A stretch of DNA of 64,000 bases from Candidatus Spongiisociaceae bacterium (GTDB lineage: Bacteria; Actinomycetota; Acidimicrobiia; Spongiisociales; Spongiisociaceae). The position numbers and the translations under genes are program-made. The notes beneath the pieces were generated by a model that saw only the letters and a program-made list of their open reading frames with translations, was not told the origin of the DNA and did not search any database. The stretch lies in NCBI GenBank assembly GCA_965219685.1, contig CBDCOH010000002.1, positions 1,920,001 through 1,984,000 on the forward strand, read 5' to 3'. Shown in pieces: positions 19,085-29,445 of this stretch. Every line of letters begins with the position of its first letter. Position 1 is the first letter of the stretch.

Positions 19085-19873
19085 ATGCGTTTGGAGAACC
19101 GCACCGCGATCGTCACGGGCGCCGCATCGGGTATCGGGCGCGCCATCGCCCGCCGTTTTGCACGGGAGGGCGCCTCGGTCGTCGTGAGCGACATCCGGGA
19201 GACGCCGATCTGGGCGCCTGAGGGAGATGACCTGCCGACGGTGGACGCCATCCTGGCTGAGGGCGGGAAGGCCGAATACGTCCAGACCGACGTGAGCAGT
19301 TGGGACAGCGTGGACGCTCTGGTCGGCGGCGCGGTCGAGAAGTACGGGCGCCTCGATGTCATGGTGAACAGCGCCGCGGTCTTCGAGTCCACCAACATCC
19401 TGGACACCACCGTGGACAATTGGAACGAGGTGATGGCAGTCAATCTCCGCGGCCAGTTCTTCTGCTGCAAGCGGGCGATCATGCAGATGATCGGTCAGGA
19501 AATGCACGGCGAGGTCAGGGGGCGGATCGTGAACCTGTCGTCCCAGCACGGCATGATCGGACCGCCGGAGTACTTCGCCTACGCAGTCAGCAAGGCGGGA
19601 ATCGCGCAGATGACCCGCCAACTCGCGGTGGACTACGCGAAGCAGGGGATCATGGTCAACGCAGTGGCGCCGGGCCGGATCATCACAGGGACTCACCCCG
19701 GGGAGGCTGATATGACCGACCCCGAACTCCCCTACTCGTACTCGCGTACACCCTTCTCCCGGCTGGGTAAACCAGACGATATCGCCGGAGCCGCACTCTT
19801 CCTCGCCTCCGACGACTGCACGTTCGTTTCGGGACACAACCTTCTCGTCGATGGGGGCTGGATGGCGTACTGA
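19085..19873 (+). CDS. SDR family oxidoreductase
   Basis: TGAASGIG, NSAA, YAVSK, VNAVAPG, LVDGG. Confidence 0.93.
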   Translation: MRLENRTAIVTGAASGIGRAIARRFAREGASVVVSDIRETPIWAPEGDDLPTVDAILAEGGKAEYVQTDVSSWDSVDALVGGAVEKYGRLDVMVNSAAVFESTNILDTTVDNWNEVMAVNLRGQFFCCKRAIMQMIGQEMHGEVRGRIVNLSSQHGMIGPPEYFAYAVSKAGIAQMTRQLAVDYAKQGIMVNAVAPGRIITGTHPGEADMTDPELPYSYSRTPFSRLGKPDDIAGAALFLASDDCTFVSGHNLLVDGGWMAY

Positions 19874-20009
19874 GTTGGGAGCGCTTTGAACCCGGCACTC
19901 AAACGGAGGAGTCGGAGACCCGTAACTAATCGCTCTGCCCGGTCGTTAGTTGGACAGCGACTCAGGAGATCGAAGCAGGGAACAGACACTTACGAATAGG
20001 AGGTATCCA

Positions 20010-21413
20010 GTGTCAAGATGGTTCAAGAAGTGGCCAACTCTCGCGGCGTTGCTCGTGTTAGCCCTCGTGGCTGCCGGTTGCGGCGACGACGAACCCGCCC
20101 CGACGACCGCCGCCGCGACTACACAGGCTCCGGCAACCACCCAAGCGCCGGCGACGACCGAAGCAGCGCCGATGACAGCCGGCGAAGTGATGGCGATGTG
20201 CGATGTCGCCATACCGGAGGTGAGTGTGAACTTCGGGATGGCGCCGTTCGGTGACCACACGATCTACTCGCACGCCATGGCCGAGGGTTGGTTCGAGGAG
20301 GTGGGGATCAACATCAACGAGAAGTTCGCCACCATTCCGTACGAACAGATCGTGGCCCTGTTGGTCAACGAGGACTACGATTTCACGACCCAGTACGGAC
20401 CCAACCAGCTTCAGAGCATGCTCCGAGCGCCGGATGTGCAGCAGGTAACGTTCAGCGACGCCTACGTCGGCCTGTACTTCCTCGCACCTCCTGACAGCGG
20501 GCTCGATACGGTTCCTGATCTGGTCGCATCGGGTATGAGTTACGAAGATGCCTTCAAGCAGGTCGTCGGCCAGATGGTCGGCACGCGTGTTGCCATCGAT
20601 GACACCGGATCCCACCGCTCCTTCGTCGATGCGGTCTTCGAGGCGGGAGGTGTAACACCTGACGACTTCGCCGAGTTGATAACGGTCGACGATGCTCGCA
20701 TGTTGCTCCTCGGTCGTGGCGGCCAAGCCGACTTCGTCAAGCCTTTGGGCGGCGCTCAGAACGCCGAATTGATGCAGGATGGTTGGTACCCGATCCTGGG
20801 CGCAACCGACCTGATCGCCCTCCTTCCGCCCGGTGACCCCCGGGGAGCAACCGGAATCGGGCACACCGGCTTGGGAGCTCGAGCCAGCCACTACGCGGAG
20901 GACCCCGACACGTTCCTGCGGGTCGTGAGCGTGATGTTCCGCGTGATCGACGCCGTCAAGAGGGACGTAGCCGAGGGTACGGATGACGCCTTGGCCAACA
21001 TCCTTCCCGTGCTCGAGTCGGCTGCCGCGGTAGAGATCGGCATAGACGGCCTGAGGATCATCTACGGCCAGATCGACCCCATGAAGTCCTTCGAGGAGCA
21101 GACCGAATACTGGGACGACGAGAGCAACCCGTTCCACTACAAGAACGTCTACCGGCCCCAGATCGAGGCTGCCCAGGAGGGCGGCATCCTGCCGGACGAC
21201 CAGGAAATCGACCCGTCCCTGGGGTTCGGCCTGGCTGAGGAGATCTACGACGCCCTGGTCGATCTACGAGATCAGTACGACTCGATGGTTTCGCAGGCAG
21301 GAGGCTTGGAGGGGCCGTACGCCGAGATGGCCACCATCGCAGCCACCCACTACGAGAACCGCAACTACCTCGACGCGGCTCGGATTCTCGAGGCCGCGGT
21401 CAAAGGCTGCTGA
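20010..21413 (+). CDS. Lipoprotein, probable substrate-binding component of a Tau/Ssu/NitT-type ABC system
   Basis: RBS AGGAGG, lipobox AAGC, Thr/Ala/Pro linker, GWFEEVGI; directly upstream of a TauB-like ATPase. Confidence 0.78.
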   Translation: MSRWFKKWPTLAALLVLALVAAGCGDDEPAPTTAAATTQAPATTQAPATTEAAPMTAGEVMAMCDVAIPEVSVNFGMAPFGDHTIYSHAMAEGWFEEVGININEKFATIPYEQIVALLVNEDYDFTTQYGPNQLQSMLRAPDVQQVTFSDAYVGLYFLAPPDSGLDTVPDLVASGMSYEDAFKQVVGQMVGTRVAIDDTGSHRSFVDAVFEAGGVTPDDFAELITVDDARMLLLGRGGQADFVKPLGGAQNAELMQDGWYPILGATDLIALLPPGDPRGATGIGHTGLGARASHYAEDPDTFLRVVSVMFRVIDAVKRDVAEGTDDALANILPVLESAAAVEIGIDGLRIIYGQIDPMKSFEEQTEYWDDESNPFHYKNVYRPQIEAAQEGGILPDDQEIDPSLGFGLAEEIYDALVDLRDQYDSMVSQAGGLEGPYAEMATIAATHYENRNYLDAARILEAAVKGC

Positions 21414-21439
21414 CCCGGTAGGAAACCAGAGCGGAGATT

Positions 21440-21488
21440 GGAGTCCGCAGGGCACCCGAGGCGGTGTCCTGCGGACTCCGTTTCCGTT
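21440..21488 (+). terminator. Strong hairpin after the SBP gene
   Basis: GGAGTCCGCAGGGCACC-cgaggc-GGTGTCCTGCGGACTCC (17 bp, one G-U) followed by GTTTCCGTT. Confidence 0.7.
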
Positions 21489-21703
21489 CCAGCCGTTCGG
21501 ACGATGTTCCGGGGACAACGACCCCGGGGACTCGGGGATGGTGCAGGAAACGACCGGCGCCCGATTGATAAAGTTCGGCAGGAGAGGCGATCATCGACTC
21601 GAACGTCCGCGTCGCTTATCGGTCAATCGAGTGCTGCTAGGAGACGCCAAGCGGAGTAGATTCCGTGACAGGCTCGATACGGAGCGCATAGAGCCGGAGG
21701 GAG

Positions 21704-22588
21704 GTGACAGGTCACATGCAGGATGTTGACGGCTCTGGAACAGGGTCACAGACCGCGTCCGGCGGGCACGGTTTCCGACCTCGCGCGTCCGATGATCCGC
21801 CGACGACTCCCGTGAACTCCTCGCCGCCTGCGATCGAACTCAAGTCGGTCACCAAGACCTTCGTCCTGGAGTCGGGGGAGGAGCTAACGGCGGTTCGGGA
21901 TGCCTCACTCACGGTGGCCAGGGGGGAGTTCGTTTGCGTGGTCGGCCCGTCCGGACACGGCAAGTCGACCCTACTGAACCTGATTGCAGGATTCATCGAG
22001 CCTTCGAGCGGCGAGATTTTCGTGAACGGAGAGCCCGTGGAGGGACCGGGGCCTGACCGGGGCGTCGTCTTCCAGCGTGACACCCTGTTCCTCTGGCGAA
22101 GGGTGGCCGCCAACATATCGTTCGGGTTGGAAGCCCGTGGCGTACCCAAACAGGAGCGCAAGGCCACGGTCGAACGCTATCTGAAGACGGTCGGCCTCGA
22201 GGACTTCGCCGGTGCATGGCCTCGGCAGCTGTCGGGGGGGATGCGTCGTAGGGTGGCGATCGCGGCCGTCTTCGCGAACGAACCTGACGTCTTCCTGATG
22301 GACGAGCCCTTCGTCGGACTGGACTACCTCCGCCGGGCGCAGCTGCATAAGGTCCTCCTCGACCTCTGGGAGGAAGGCGGCCACCGAGCCGTGTTCATGA
22401 TCACCCACGATGTGGATGAGGCATTGGCGCTCGGGGATCGCATCCTCGTCGTGAAGGAGGGGCGAATCGTCGAGGACGTGGAGGTCGCCCTGCCCAGGCC
22501 TCGCTCCACCTACATGATCACCGGCGACGAAGCATCCATCATCCGCCGAAGCGTCGTGCTCCACTTCGGGGATCTGGAAATAGCATGA
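21704..22588 (+). CDS. ABC ATP-binding protein (TauB/SsuB-like)
   Basis: GPSGHGKS, GVVFQ, LSGGMRRR, MDEPF, ITHDVDEA, LPRPR. Confidence 0.93.
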   Translation: MTGHMQDVDGSGTGSQTASGGHGFRPRASDDPPTTPVNSSPPAIELKSVTKTFVLESGEELTAVRDASLTVARGEFVCVVGPSGHGKSTLLNLIAGFIEPSSGEIFVNGEPVEGPGPDRGVVFQRDTLFLWRRVAANISFGLEARGVPKQERKATVERYLKTVGLEDFAGAWPRQLSGGMRRRVAIAAVFANEPDVFLMDEPFVGLDYLRRAQLHKVLLDLWEEGGHRAVFMITHDVDEALALGDRILVVKEGRIVEDVEVALPRPRSTYMITGDEASIIRRSVVLHFGDLEIA

Positions 22589-23505
22589 CCAGCCAAGACC
22601 TCGGCGCCGGCTCCGGCCCCGAGGAACCGAGGCGGAGGAGTAGTCGCGGCACACCGCGGGAGGAAGGGACCGCCTCCAGGAGTAAGGAGCGCCGGATACA
22701 CCCGCTCGCCGTCCTGTCGTTCCTGGCGATCATCGCGGCCTGGCAGGCTTCATCGGTGGTTCTGGGCGAGACCGTGGGTTACAAACGCGTCCCCGGCATC
22801 GAGGATGTCGTCCGCTCCTTCATCGAGTACGCCGGTTACTGGCAGGGCGGCCTTGGGGCCGAGTCGACCAGGACGGGGGCCGAGCCTACGAATTGGGGCG
22901 CCACGCTTGGTTTGGGCCACAACACGCTGGTGACGATGCTCAGGACGATCGCCGGCTACACGATCGGCGTGATCACGGGGATCGGGCTGGGCTTCCTGAT
23001 AGCTTGGTCGAAGATAGCGAGGGGCCTGTTGACCTTCCCCGCCCATCTAGCCCGGATGATGCCCCTCCTGGCCATGATCCCGCTCTTCGCCCTCTGGTTC
23101 GGTGATAGCGAACTCGGCGTCCTTACCTTCATTGCCTTCGCAGTGGGTATCCTGCTGTTCGCAATCACCATCAACGCTATCGGCAATGTTCCGCTCCACT
23201 ACTGGCAATACGCCAGAAGCCTTGGCGCCAGCCCCCTGCGTACGTACGCTCGAGTCGTGTTCCCGGCCGCGTTTCCCCAGCTCAGGGGTGGTTTGTTGCT
23301 TGCGGTCGCCTTTTCCTGGAGCGCTGCGCTGGCTGCGGAGTTCCTGGGACAGCAGGTCGGACTCGGCCACGTCCTCCAGAGCGCGCTCTACTACGCGTCG
23401 ACCGATGTCGTGGCGCTCACAGGTCTGGTGGTGATCGTGTTCGCGGCGGTGACCTACCTTGCCGCCAACAAGACCCTCGCCTGGCTGACCCGTTGGGCGG
23501 AATAG
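22585..23505 (+). CDS. ABC permease (TauC/SsuC-like)
   Basis: TM helices, PLFALWFG, ARSLGAS, AAEFLG...GLG. Confidence 0.88.
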   Translation: MTSQDLGAGSGPEEPRRRSSRGTPREEGTASRSKERRIHPLAVLSFLAIIAAWQASSVVLGETVGYKRVPGIEDVVRSFIEYAGYWQGGLGAESTRTGAEPTNWGATLGLGHNTLVTMLRTIAGYTIGVITGIGLGFLIAWSKIARGLLTFPAHLARMMPLLAMIPLFALWFGDSELGVLTFIAFAVGILLFAITINAIGNVPLHYWQYARSLGASPLRTYARVVFPAAFPQLRGGLLLAVAFSWSAALAAEFLGQQVGLGHVLQSALYYASTDVVALTGLVVIVFAAVTYLAANKTLAWLTRWAE

Positions 23506-23600
23506 CGCCCTCCGGGTTCGAGCGGGCTGTACCTCCTCTTGCGAGCAGGAAGGGCAACATGAGTACGTTTCCGGTCACATCACGAGGAAAGGGGTCGTAG

Positions 23601-24521
23601 ATGGCCTTCGAGTTCGTCCATACACCCGGGCCACCGAGAGATCTGGTGGGATACGGCAGCCGGTTGCCCAAGGTGCGGTGGCCCGATGACGCTCACGTCG
23701 CAGTGAACATAGTCGTGAACTACGAGGAGGGTTCGGAGTACTCGTTCCCGGCAGGAGACGGGGGGAACGAGCACCATGGCGGGGAGGAGAGCTATCCGTT
23801 TCCGGATGACAAGAGGAACCTCGCCCAGGAGACCATCTACGAGTACGGGAGCCGGGCCGGCATTTGGAGACTGCTGAGGCTCTTCGACGAGTACGACGTC
23901 AAGGCCACCATGTTCGCCTGTGCGGCGGCATTCGAACTGAATCCCGAGGTGGCGACCGTATCCAAGGCAGCCGGACACGACCTCATGTCCCACGGATGGA
24001 GATGGAGCGAGCATTGGCGGCTGAGCCGGGCGGAAGAGGCCGAACATATGCGGCTGGCGATTGAGTCCTTCGAGAGAACCTGGGGGGAGCGCCCGCGTGC
24101 CTGGTATTGCCGCTACGGACCATCAGTGCACACCCGCGATCTGGTAGTGGCAGATGGCGGGTTCGTATACGACTCCGACGCGTACAACGACGATTTCCCG
24201 TACTTCGTGACCGTCCGGGAGCGGCAGCATCTGGTCGTGCCCTACAGCCTCACGTACAACGACCTGCAGGGAACCTTGAGTCCTGTCGACTTCCTCGAAT
24301 ACCTGAAGCGCGGGCTCGACGAGTTGTGGCGGGAAGGCGCGGCGGGCTATCCGAAGATGATGTCGGTGGGTCTGCATCCCCGCATCGTGGGGCAGGCCGG
24401 GCGGACATCGGCACTCAGGGAGTTCATAGAACACGGGCTGGCCTTGGGGAACGTCTGGTTCGCACGGCGCATGGACATCGCCGAGTGGTGGACCGATCAC
24501 CACGAGGAGTTCACGGCCTGA
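23601..24521 (+). CDS. Polysaccharide deacetylase-fold protein, PuuE allantoinase-like
   Basis: RDLVGYG, WPDDA, VNYEEGSE, YEYGSRAG, SHGWRW, YDSDAYNDD.PY, MMSVGLHPRIVG. Confidence 0.85.
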   Translation: MAFEFVHTPGPPRDLVGYGSRLPKVRWPDDAHVAVNIVVNYEEGSEYSFPAGDGGNEHHGGEESYPFPDDKRNLAQETIYEYGSRAGIWRLLRLFDEYDVKATMFACAAAFELNPEVATVSKAAGHDLMSHGWRWSEHWRLSRAEEAEHMRLAIESFERTWGERPRAWYCRYGPSVHTRDLVVADGGFVYDSDAYNDDFPYFVTVRERQHLVVPYSLTYNDLQGTLSPVDFLEYLKRGLDELWREGAAGYPKMMSVGLHPRIVGQAGRTSALREFIEHGLALGNVWFARRMDIAEWWTDHHEEFTA

Positions 24522-24531
24522 GGCCCCCGCT

Positions 24532-25698
24532 TTGAGGGAGGATTCCGGCGTGGCAACGCACCGACGGAGCGCCTCGATCGGGCTCGACACCCTGGCCGAG
24601 CGATGGGACCGGGTAAGGGAAACGCTGAGGGCCGCCGGAGTGGGTCCGGTCATCGTCTACGCGGCCGGGGCGTTGGGGCGGTACGGTTTGGCCCACTACC
24701 TGACCGGAGCGTTTCCGGATCCCAAGGGAACGTATGTCGTGTTCGGGAGCGAAGTCCCACCCGTGATCGTTGCCACGACTCCGGGGGAGCGCCTCAAGTG
24801 GGAACACTACGGCAACGCCCTCGTGGAGATCGCCTACCCGGCCGGACCCTCCCACCTCGCCCGGCTGCAGCGTGTCGCGGAACTGATCGATGCGCGACAG
24901 GAAGGAATTCCTCCCGCTGTAGCTGCCGGAGGAATGCGCGGTCTGCCGTGGAAGGACCATCAGCGCTTGATCCAGCTTCTCGGGACACCCGACCTCCCTG
25001 ACGTGTCGCAACTACTGGACGACGTCAAGAAGTTGAAGACGCCGACCGACCTCGAAGGGATGAGAACCTCGGTAAGGATGGCGGAGGACGCCCTCGATCG
25101 GTTCGTCGCGCGAGCGCACGCCGGAATGACCGAACTGGAGGGGGCGGCCATGATCGAGTCGAAGCTGCGACAGGAAGGAGCGCCCACCTGTCTCGTCGAC
25201 GTGAGTGCCGGACCGTATCTGAGCCAGGCGCCAACCCATCGATCGCTCGACCGGGGTGACCTGGTCACGGTCTTCGTGGAGACCGCCAATGCCGACGGAT
25301 ACTGGGTTGAACTGGGGGCGCTGATCGCATTCGGTCGGGTTGGCGGTGACCGGTGGGCGCTGGCGGAGAAGACCATCGACGCCCTCCGGCCGGCCGAACG
25401 TCACGCTGTCCCGGGTTCAGCGGCTTCAGATCTTGCCTGCCGGATCGACCGGCTGATAGAGAACACCGGCCGCCCCGCTTTCGGATACGGGCATGGCGTG
25501 GGAATCGACGAGGAACGGCCCACCGTTTCTCCCGGCGACCACACGCCCTTGGAGGCGGGGACGACTATCGCCCTCCACCCCTCGATCCTGGCATCCGGTG
25601 GCCGGCACTCACTCGCAGTGGCCAACACGTATTCCTTAGGCGAGCGCGGGGTTGAGCCGCTGTCGGATCATCCATACAGGATCCGCAGCATCGCATGA
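24532..25698 (+). CDS. Second M24 family hydrolase with the same atypical ligand set
   Basis: KTPTDL, GMTELE, GYWVE, GHGVG, ALHPS; start may be GTG 24549. Confidence 0.75.
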   Translation: MREDSGVATHRRSASIGLDTLAERWDRVRETLRAAGVGPVIVYAAGALGRYGLAHYLTGAFPDPKGTYVVFGSEVPPVIVATTPGERLKWEHYGNALVEIAYPAGPSHLARLQRVAELIDARQEGIPPAVAAGGMRGLPWKDHQRLIQLLGTPDLPDVSQLLDDVKKLKTPTDLEGMRTSVRMAEDALDRFVARAHAGMTELEGAAMIESKLRQEGAPTCLVDVSAGPYLSQAPTHRSLDRGDLVTVFVETANADGYWVELGALIAFGRVGGDRWALAEKTIDALRPAERHAVPGSAASDLACRIDRLIENTGRPAFGYGHGVGIDEERPTVSPGDHTPLEAGTTIALHPSILASGGRHSLAVANTYSLGERGVEPLSDHPYRIRSIA

Positions 25699-25751
25699 AG
25701 GTGAGGGGACCGGATGTCTAAGATTTGCCCGGAGGGAGGCGGGGATCCACC

Positions 25752-26579
25752 ATGACGGCGCGATATCGAACCACGGTCGGGATACGACGACGTAACCTGT
25801 CGAGCCGTGTCCGCCAACTCGTCCTGGCCGCGCTCGGGGTAGGTCTGGTGCTGGTCATGTGGACCCTGGCCGCGGCAGCAACCGAGCCGGTGAGAATCCC
25901 CTCCCCCATCCTGGTCTTCGAGGCGATCAGCCAGAATCTCGTCGAGATCCGCGCCCTCGAATTCGCTTCCTTCGGAAGTGGTGGAATCATCCAGAACCTG
26001 ACCTATACGGCTGTCAACGTCCTAATGGGCGTTGCAGCCGGAGCCGTCGCAGGCTTTGCGATCGGGCTTCTGATCGGCCGTGTACGGATAGTACGCAACC
26101 TCCTGGAGCCGCCGCTGCTCTTCGTCGGCACCGTGCCGGTGCTGGTGCTACTTCCGTTCCTCTCCCTGTGGTTCGGCACCGGCCGGCTGGCCTCGAACGG
26201 GATGGTCATCTTCTACACGATGGTCACCGTCGCGGTGGTGACCCAGCAGGCAACCACCAATATCTCCAACTACTACGACAACTACGCGCTGAGCCTGGGC
26301 GCCAGTTCCACCCGGGTGCTCCTCCAGGTCGTCAGGCCGGCTGTGATACCCGAAGTGCTGGGCGCGGTGCGGGTCGCCCTGGCGTTCGGTTGGGGATTCC
26401 AGGCGATCGCCGAAGTCCTGGGTGGCCAGATCGGTGCAGGCAGGGTGATCAGGGTCTACGCGCAGTACGCAGCCACCGCCGAGATTCTCGCCATCGTGTT
26501 TTCGGTCGGCGTTCTCGCAGTCGTTGTGGATGGGATCGTCGCCGGTGTCGGTCGGTGGGTGGTCAGGTGGCAGGAGTAG
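25752..26579 (+). CDS. ABC permease (TauC/SsuC-like), second subunit
   Basis: IPSP, PFLSLWFG, ALSLGAS, IAEVLG...GAG. Confidence 0.87.
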   Translation: MTARYRTTVGIRRRNLSSRVRQLVLAALGVGLVLVMWTLAAAATEPVRIPSPILVFEAISQNLVEIRALEFASFGSGGIIQNLTYTAVNVLMGVAAGAVAGFAIGLLIGRVRIVRNLLEPPLLFVGTVPVLVLLPFLSLWFGTGRLASNGMVIFYTMVTVAVVTQQATTNISNYYDNYALSLGASSTRVLLQVVRPAVIPEVLGAVRVALAFGWGFQAIAEVLGGQIGAGRVIRVYAQYAATAEILAIVFSVGVLAVVVDGIVAGVGRWVVRWQE

Positions 26580-26749
26580 GGGCTATTGGGTGGTTCGGCA
26601 ACATTCCTCGCGGCTGTTGAAACCGGTATCTCCACCGGGTCGGTGGGATAGTGTGGGCCTATCCGAGAGACTCGGTCCACATTCTTGACCACCGACGATC
26701 GCGTTCTGCCGGGATCCTGGAAGCGGGTGAGACGAAGTAGGGAGGCCTG

Positions 26750-27730
26750 ATGGACCGCGAAGCGATCGCAGCCGCTCGCATGGTGATCAACCGGGTTCTG
26801 GGCATCCGGGATGGCGAGACAGTACTCATCACGAACGACTCACCGAAGACGACGGATCTGTCTTCACTGCTGGCAAGTGCGATCTGGGAGGCGGCGGCGA
26901 CTCCTGTCGAACTCTTCATGACCAAGTTGGCCCGTCCCGGATCACCCATCCCGTCGCTGATCACCCAAGCCGCCCACCATGCCGACGTGTGGATCGAACT
27001 CAACGAGATCTACATCCTGGGGACACCGGCGGATCATGATGCTCGGAGGGCCGGGACACGTCGTTTCTACAGCCTCTCCGGGATGACCGTGGACGACCTC
27101 ATCCTGCTCGAACTCAAGGTCGATCGCCTGGCTCTGGCGGAACTCGGAGAACGCCTGGGAGAACTCACCACCGGGAAGGAGGAACTCCGAATTACTTGCG
27201 ATAGCGGCTCCTCTTTCCGAGCGAGTATTCGAGACTGTGTGGCCAGCCCCGACACAACCACCATGCCGCTCGGGCAGACCCACATCTCCCCGATCGAGGA
27301 GTCCGTTAGTGGACGCCTGGTCTTCGATGGATCTGCCTTCCCACCCGAGTCCCTGACGGTATTGAAGGACACAATCAGCATCGAGTTCTCGGACGGACTG
27401 TCACGAGTGACCGGTGATGGCAGCGAAGCCCAAGTCTTGGCAAGTTGGCGCGAATGGAACGATGATCCGGGAATCCACCGACTCAACCATGTCTCTTACG
27501 GTTATCACCCCAACGTCCCGTTGCCCACCGGCCGTCTCGTGGCAGACGAAAGAGTTTTCGGGTGTTTGTGCGTAGGTTTCGGTCCTCCCCAGCCATACAC
27601 GTGTCACTCGGATCTCACGATCCTGGCACCGACCGTGCATGTCGATGACGAACCCGTACAAATAAGGGGACGATACGTCGACGCCGAGGCTCGAAAGCTG
27701 GCCCGAAGCCTTCAGGCGCCAGGCTACTAA
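26750..27730 (+). CDS. AmpS/M29 aminopeptidase-like or NicX-like protein
   Basis: GETVLIT.D, LRITCDSGS, PIEESVSGRLVFDG, HVSYGYHP, HSDLTI. Confidence 0.6.
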   Translation: MDREAIAAARMVINRVLGIRDGETVLITNDSPKTTDLSSLLASAIWEAAATPVELFMTKLARPGSPIPSLITQAAHHADVWIELNEIYILGTPADHDARRAGTRRFYSLSGMTVDDLILLELKVDRLALAELGERLGELTTGKEELRITCDSGSSFRASIRDCVASPDTTTMPLGQTHISPIEESVSGRLVFDGSAFPPESLTVLKDTISIEFSDGLSRVTGDGSEAQVLASWREWNDDPGIHRLNHVSYGYHPNVPLPTGRLVADERVFGCLCVGFGPPQPYTCHSDLTILAPTVHVDDEPVQIRGRYVDAEARKLARSLQAPGY

Positions 27731-27899
27731 CGGAGGAGAAGAATGCGTTTGCCGATCGGGAAGCAGCAATTCCACATGTCGATCAATGGGTCGTGTTGAG
27801 GACGATGGCACGAGACACCAAAGTGAGGCCGAAAGGCTTGGCGCTCGTATCGCTTCCCCGTGAGCCCGCGAACAGTCCATCCGGTGGGGAGAAGGAATA

Positions 27900-28400
27900 G
27901 TGGAGATCGCCACCACCGAAGTCGTATTCCGGCTGATCCCGCTGCTTCTCGTTCTGGGCACGGCGGTGATGGGCCTCATCGTGTGCGTGAACAACATCAC
28001 CGCTCCCGGAGCGAACATGCGGTTCGTGGAGCACATCATGACGATGGACACCACCAGCATGGACCGCGGGACGCAGTGGCGGGAGATCAGGTCCCCGGTG
28101 CTCCACCGGGCGGCGTTCTTCGCCATTCTCCTCTGCGAGCTGGCGGTCACGGTGCTCGGGCTCCTGGGGAGCTACTTCATTGCGGCCAATCTCGGGGCCA
28201 CGGGTGAAGCATGGGAATCCGCCAAGCTGTTCGGCTACCTGACCTTTCTCATGGCGTTGGTGGTGTGGTTCGTGATCATCCAGGTGGTTGGCGCCGAGTG
28301 GTACGTGAGTTGGCAGTCGGAGAAGTGGAACGCCATCCGCGACTCCACCCGCATCAACCTGATCACCGTCGCCGGGATCATCCTCCTGCGGTTGTCGTGA
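27900..28400 (+). CDS. DUF2165 family membrane protein
   Basis: NNIT...NMRFVEHIMTMDTT, WREI, GAEWYVSWQSEKWN. Confidence 0.85.
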   Translation: MEIATTEVVFRLIPLLLVLGTAVMGLIVCVNNITAPGANMRFVEHIMTMDTTSMDRGTQWREIRSPVLHRAAFFAILLCELAVTVLGLLGSYFIAANLGATGEAWESAKLFGYLTFLMALVVWFVIIQVVGAEWYVSWQSEKWNAIRDSTRINLITVAGIILLRLS

Positions 28401-28505
28401 ATGGGGAATGGTGAATGGTGAATGGTGCTTAGCTAATTTTAGCCTTATGTGTTGATGCTTACAGAGGAACAGGAACCTGACAAGTGACAACCGGCAACTC
28501 GCGAC
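28399..28505. repeat. Two heptamer arrays flanking an AT-rich core between convergent genes
   Basis: GAATGG(G/T) x4 at 28399-28426; TGACAAG/TGACAAC/CGGCAAC/TCGCGAC at 28478-28505. Confidence 0.7.
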
Positions 28506-29420
28506 TTAGACCGCGAGCACGCGGGCGGGGTTGGTGTGGGTCATGGCGTGGATGGCTTCGTCGCTGACACCTTCGGCGCGGAGCATCGGGAGGAACGTCT
28601 CAATCAGGTACTGGTAGCCGTGACCTCCGTTGGTCTTCAGGCGGGGCCTGGCCGGCATGTCCTGGGCGATGACGAGACGGTCCTGGTGACCCTGGCGGAC
28701 CAGTTCGGCCAGGAACTCGGCCCGCCGCTTGTCCGAGTTGATCCACTCGATGCCGACCAGGTCGAACTCCAGGTAGGCACCGGTGGCGGCCACCCGCTCC
28801 AGCTCCGGCATCTCCAGGACAGCGTCGAGGTGCCCGAGGATCACCCGATCCACTTCCACTCCCTCCTCCTGGAAGATCTCGAGGAACTCCAGCGCCATAT
28901 GGCTGGTTGTGTGGGTGGTCAGCGCCAGACCGGTCGCCACCTGGGCGCGGGCCGCGGCGCGCAGAACCCGCTCCTCCACACCCTGGACCCAAGCCTTGTC
29001 GAGGCCGATCTCCCCGATGATTCCGGGCTTGATGCCGGTGTCCCCCACCCCGTTCTCGATCTCGTCGATCATGTAGTCGGCCAGCCTCTGCGTCGTCCAC
29101 TTGTTGACGAACTCCGGGTAGTAGGGCTCGCGGTAGAAACCGGTCCCCATGACGATGTGGACATCGCTCGCCTCCGAAACTCGACGGAGCTTCTCCGGAT
29201 CGCGCCCGATGTGTTCCAGGGTCGGGTCGACCAGGGTGTCCCCGCCGGCCTCCTTGTACAGCCTTACCTCCTCGGTCATCTGAACCTCGTCGGTGATAGG
29301 GATGGCCAGCCAGCGGTGCCTCGGCCACGAGAGATCAGCGAAGACGTGGTCATGCATCTGGGTATGGCCGAGTTCGCCGGGCGACACCGGGCCCCGGACC
29401 GTCATCACCTGCCTGGACAC
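28506..29420 (-). CDS. Phosphotriesterase-related protein (PHP family)
   Basis: MTVRGPV...LGHTQMHDH, IGRDP, GTGFY, GIIGEIG, GHLD, LEFD, NPARVL; GTG 29420 after GAGAGG. Confidence 0.9.
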   Translation of the reverse strand: MSRQVMTVRGPVSPGELGHTQMHDHVFADLSWPRHRWLAIPITDEVQMTEEVRLYKEAGGDTLVDPTLEHIGRDPEKLRRVSEASDVHIVMGTGFYREPYYPEFVNKWTTQRLADYMIDEIENGVGDTGIKPGIIGEIGLDKAWVQGVEERVLRAAARAQVATGLALTTHTTSHMALEFLEIFQEEGVEVDRVILGHLDAVLEMPELERVAATGAYLEFDLVGIEWINSDKRRAEFLAELVRQGHQDRLVIAQDMPARPRLKTNGGHGYQYLIETFLPMLRAEGVSDEAIHAMTHTNPARVLAV

Positions 29421-29445
29421 GACTGACACCTCTCGCCGGCCGGCG

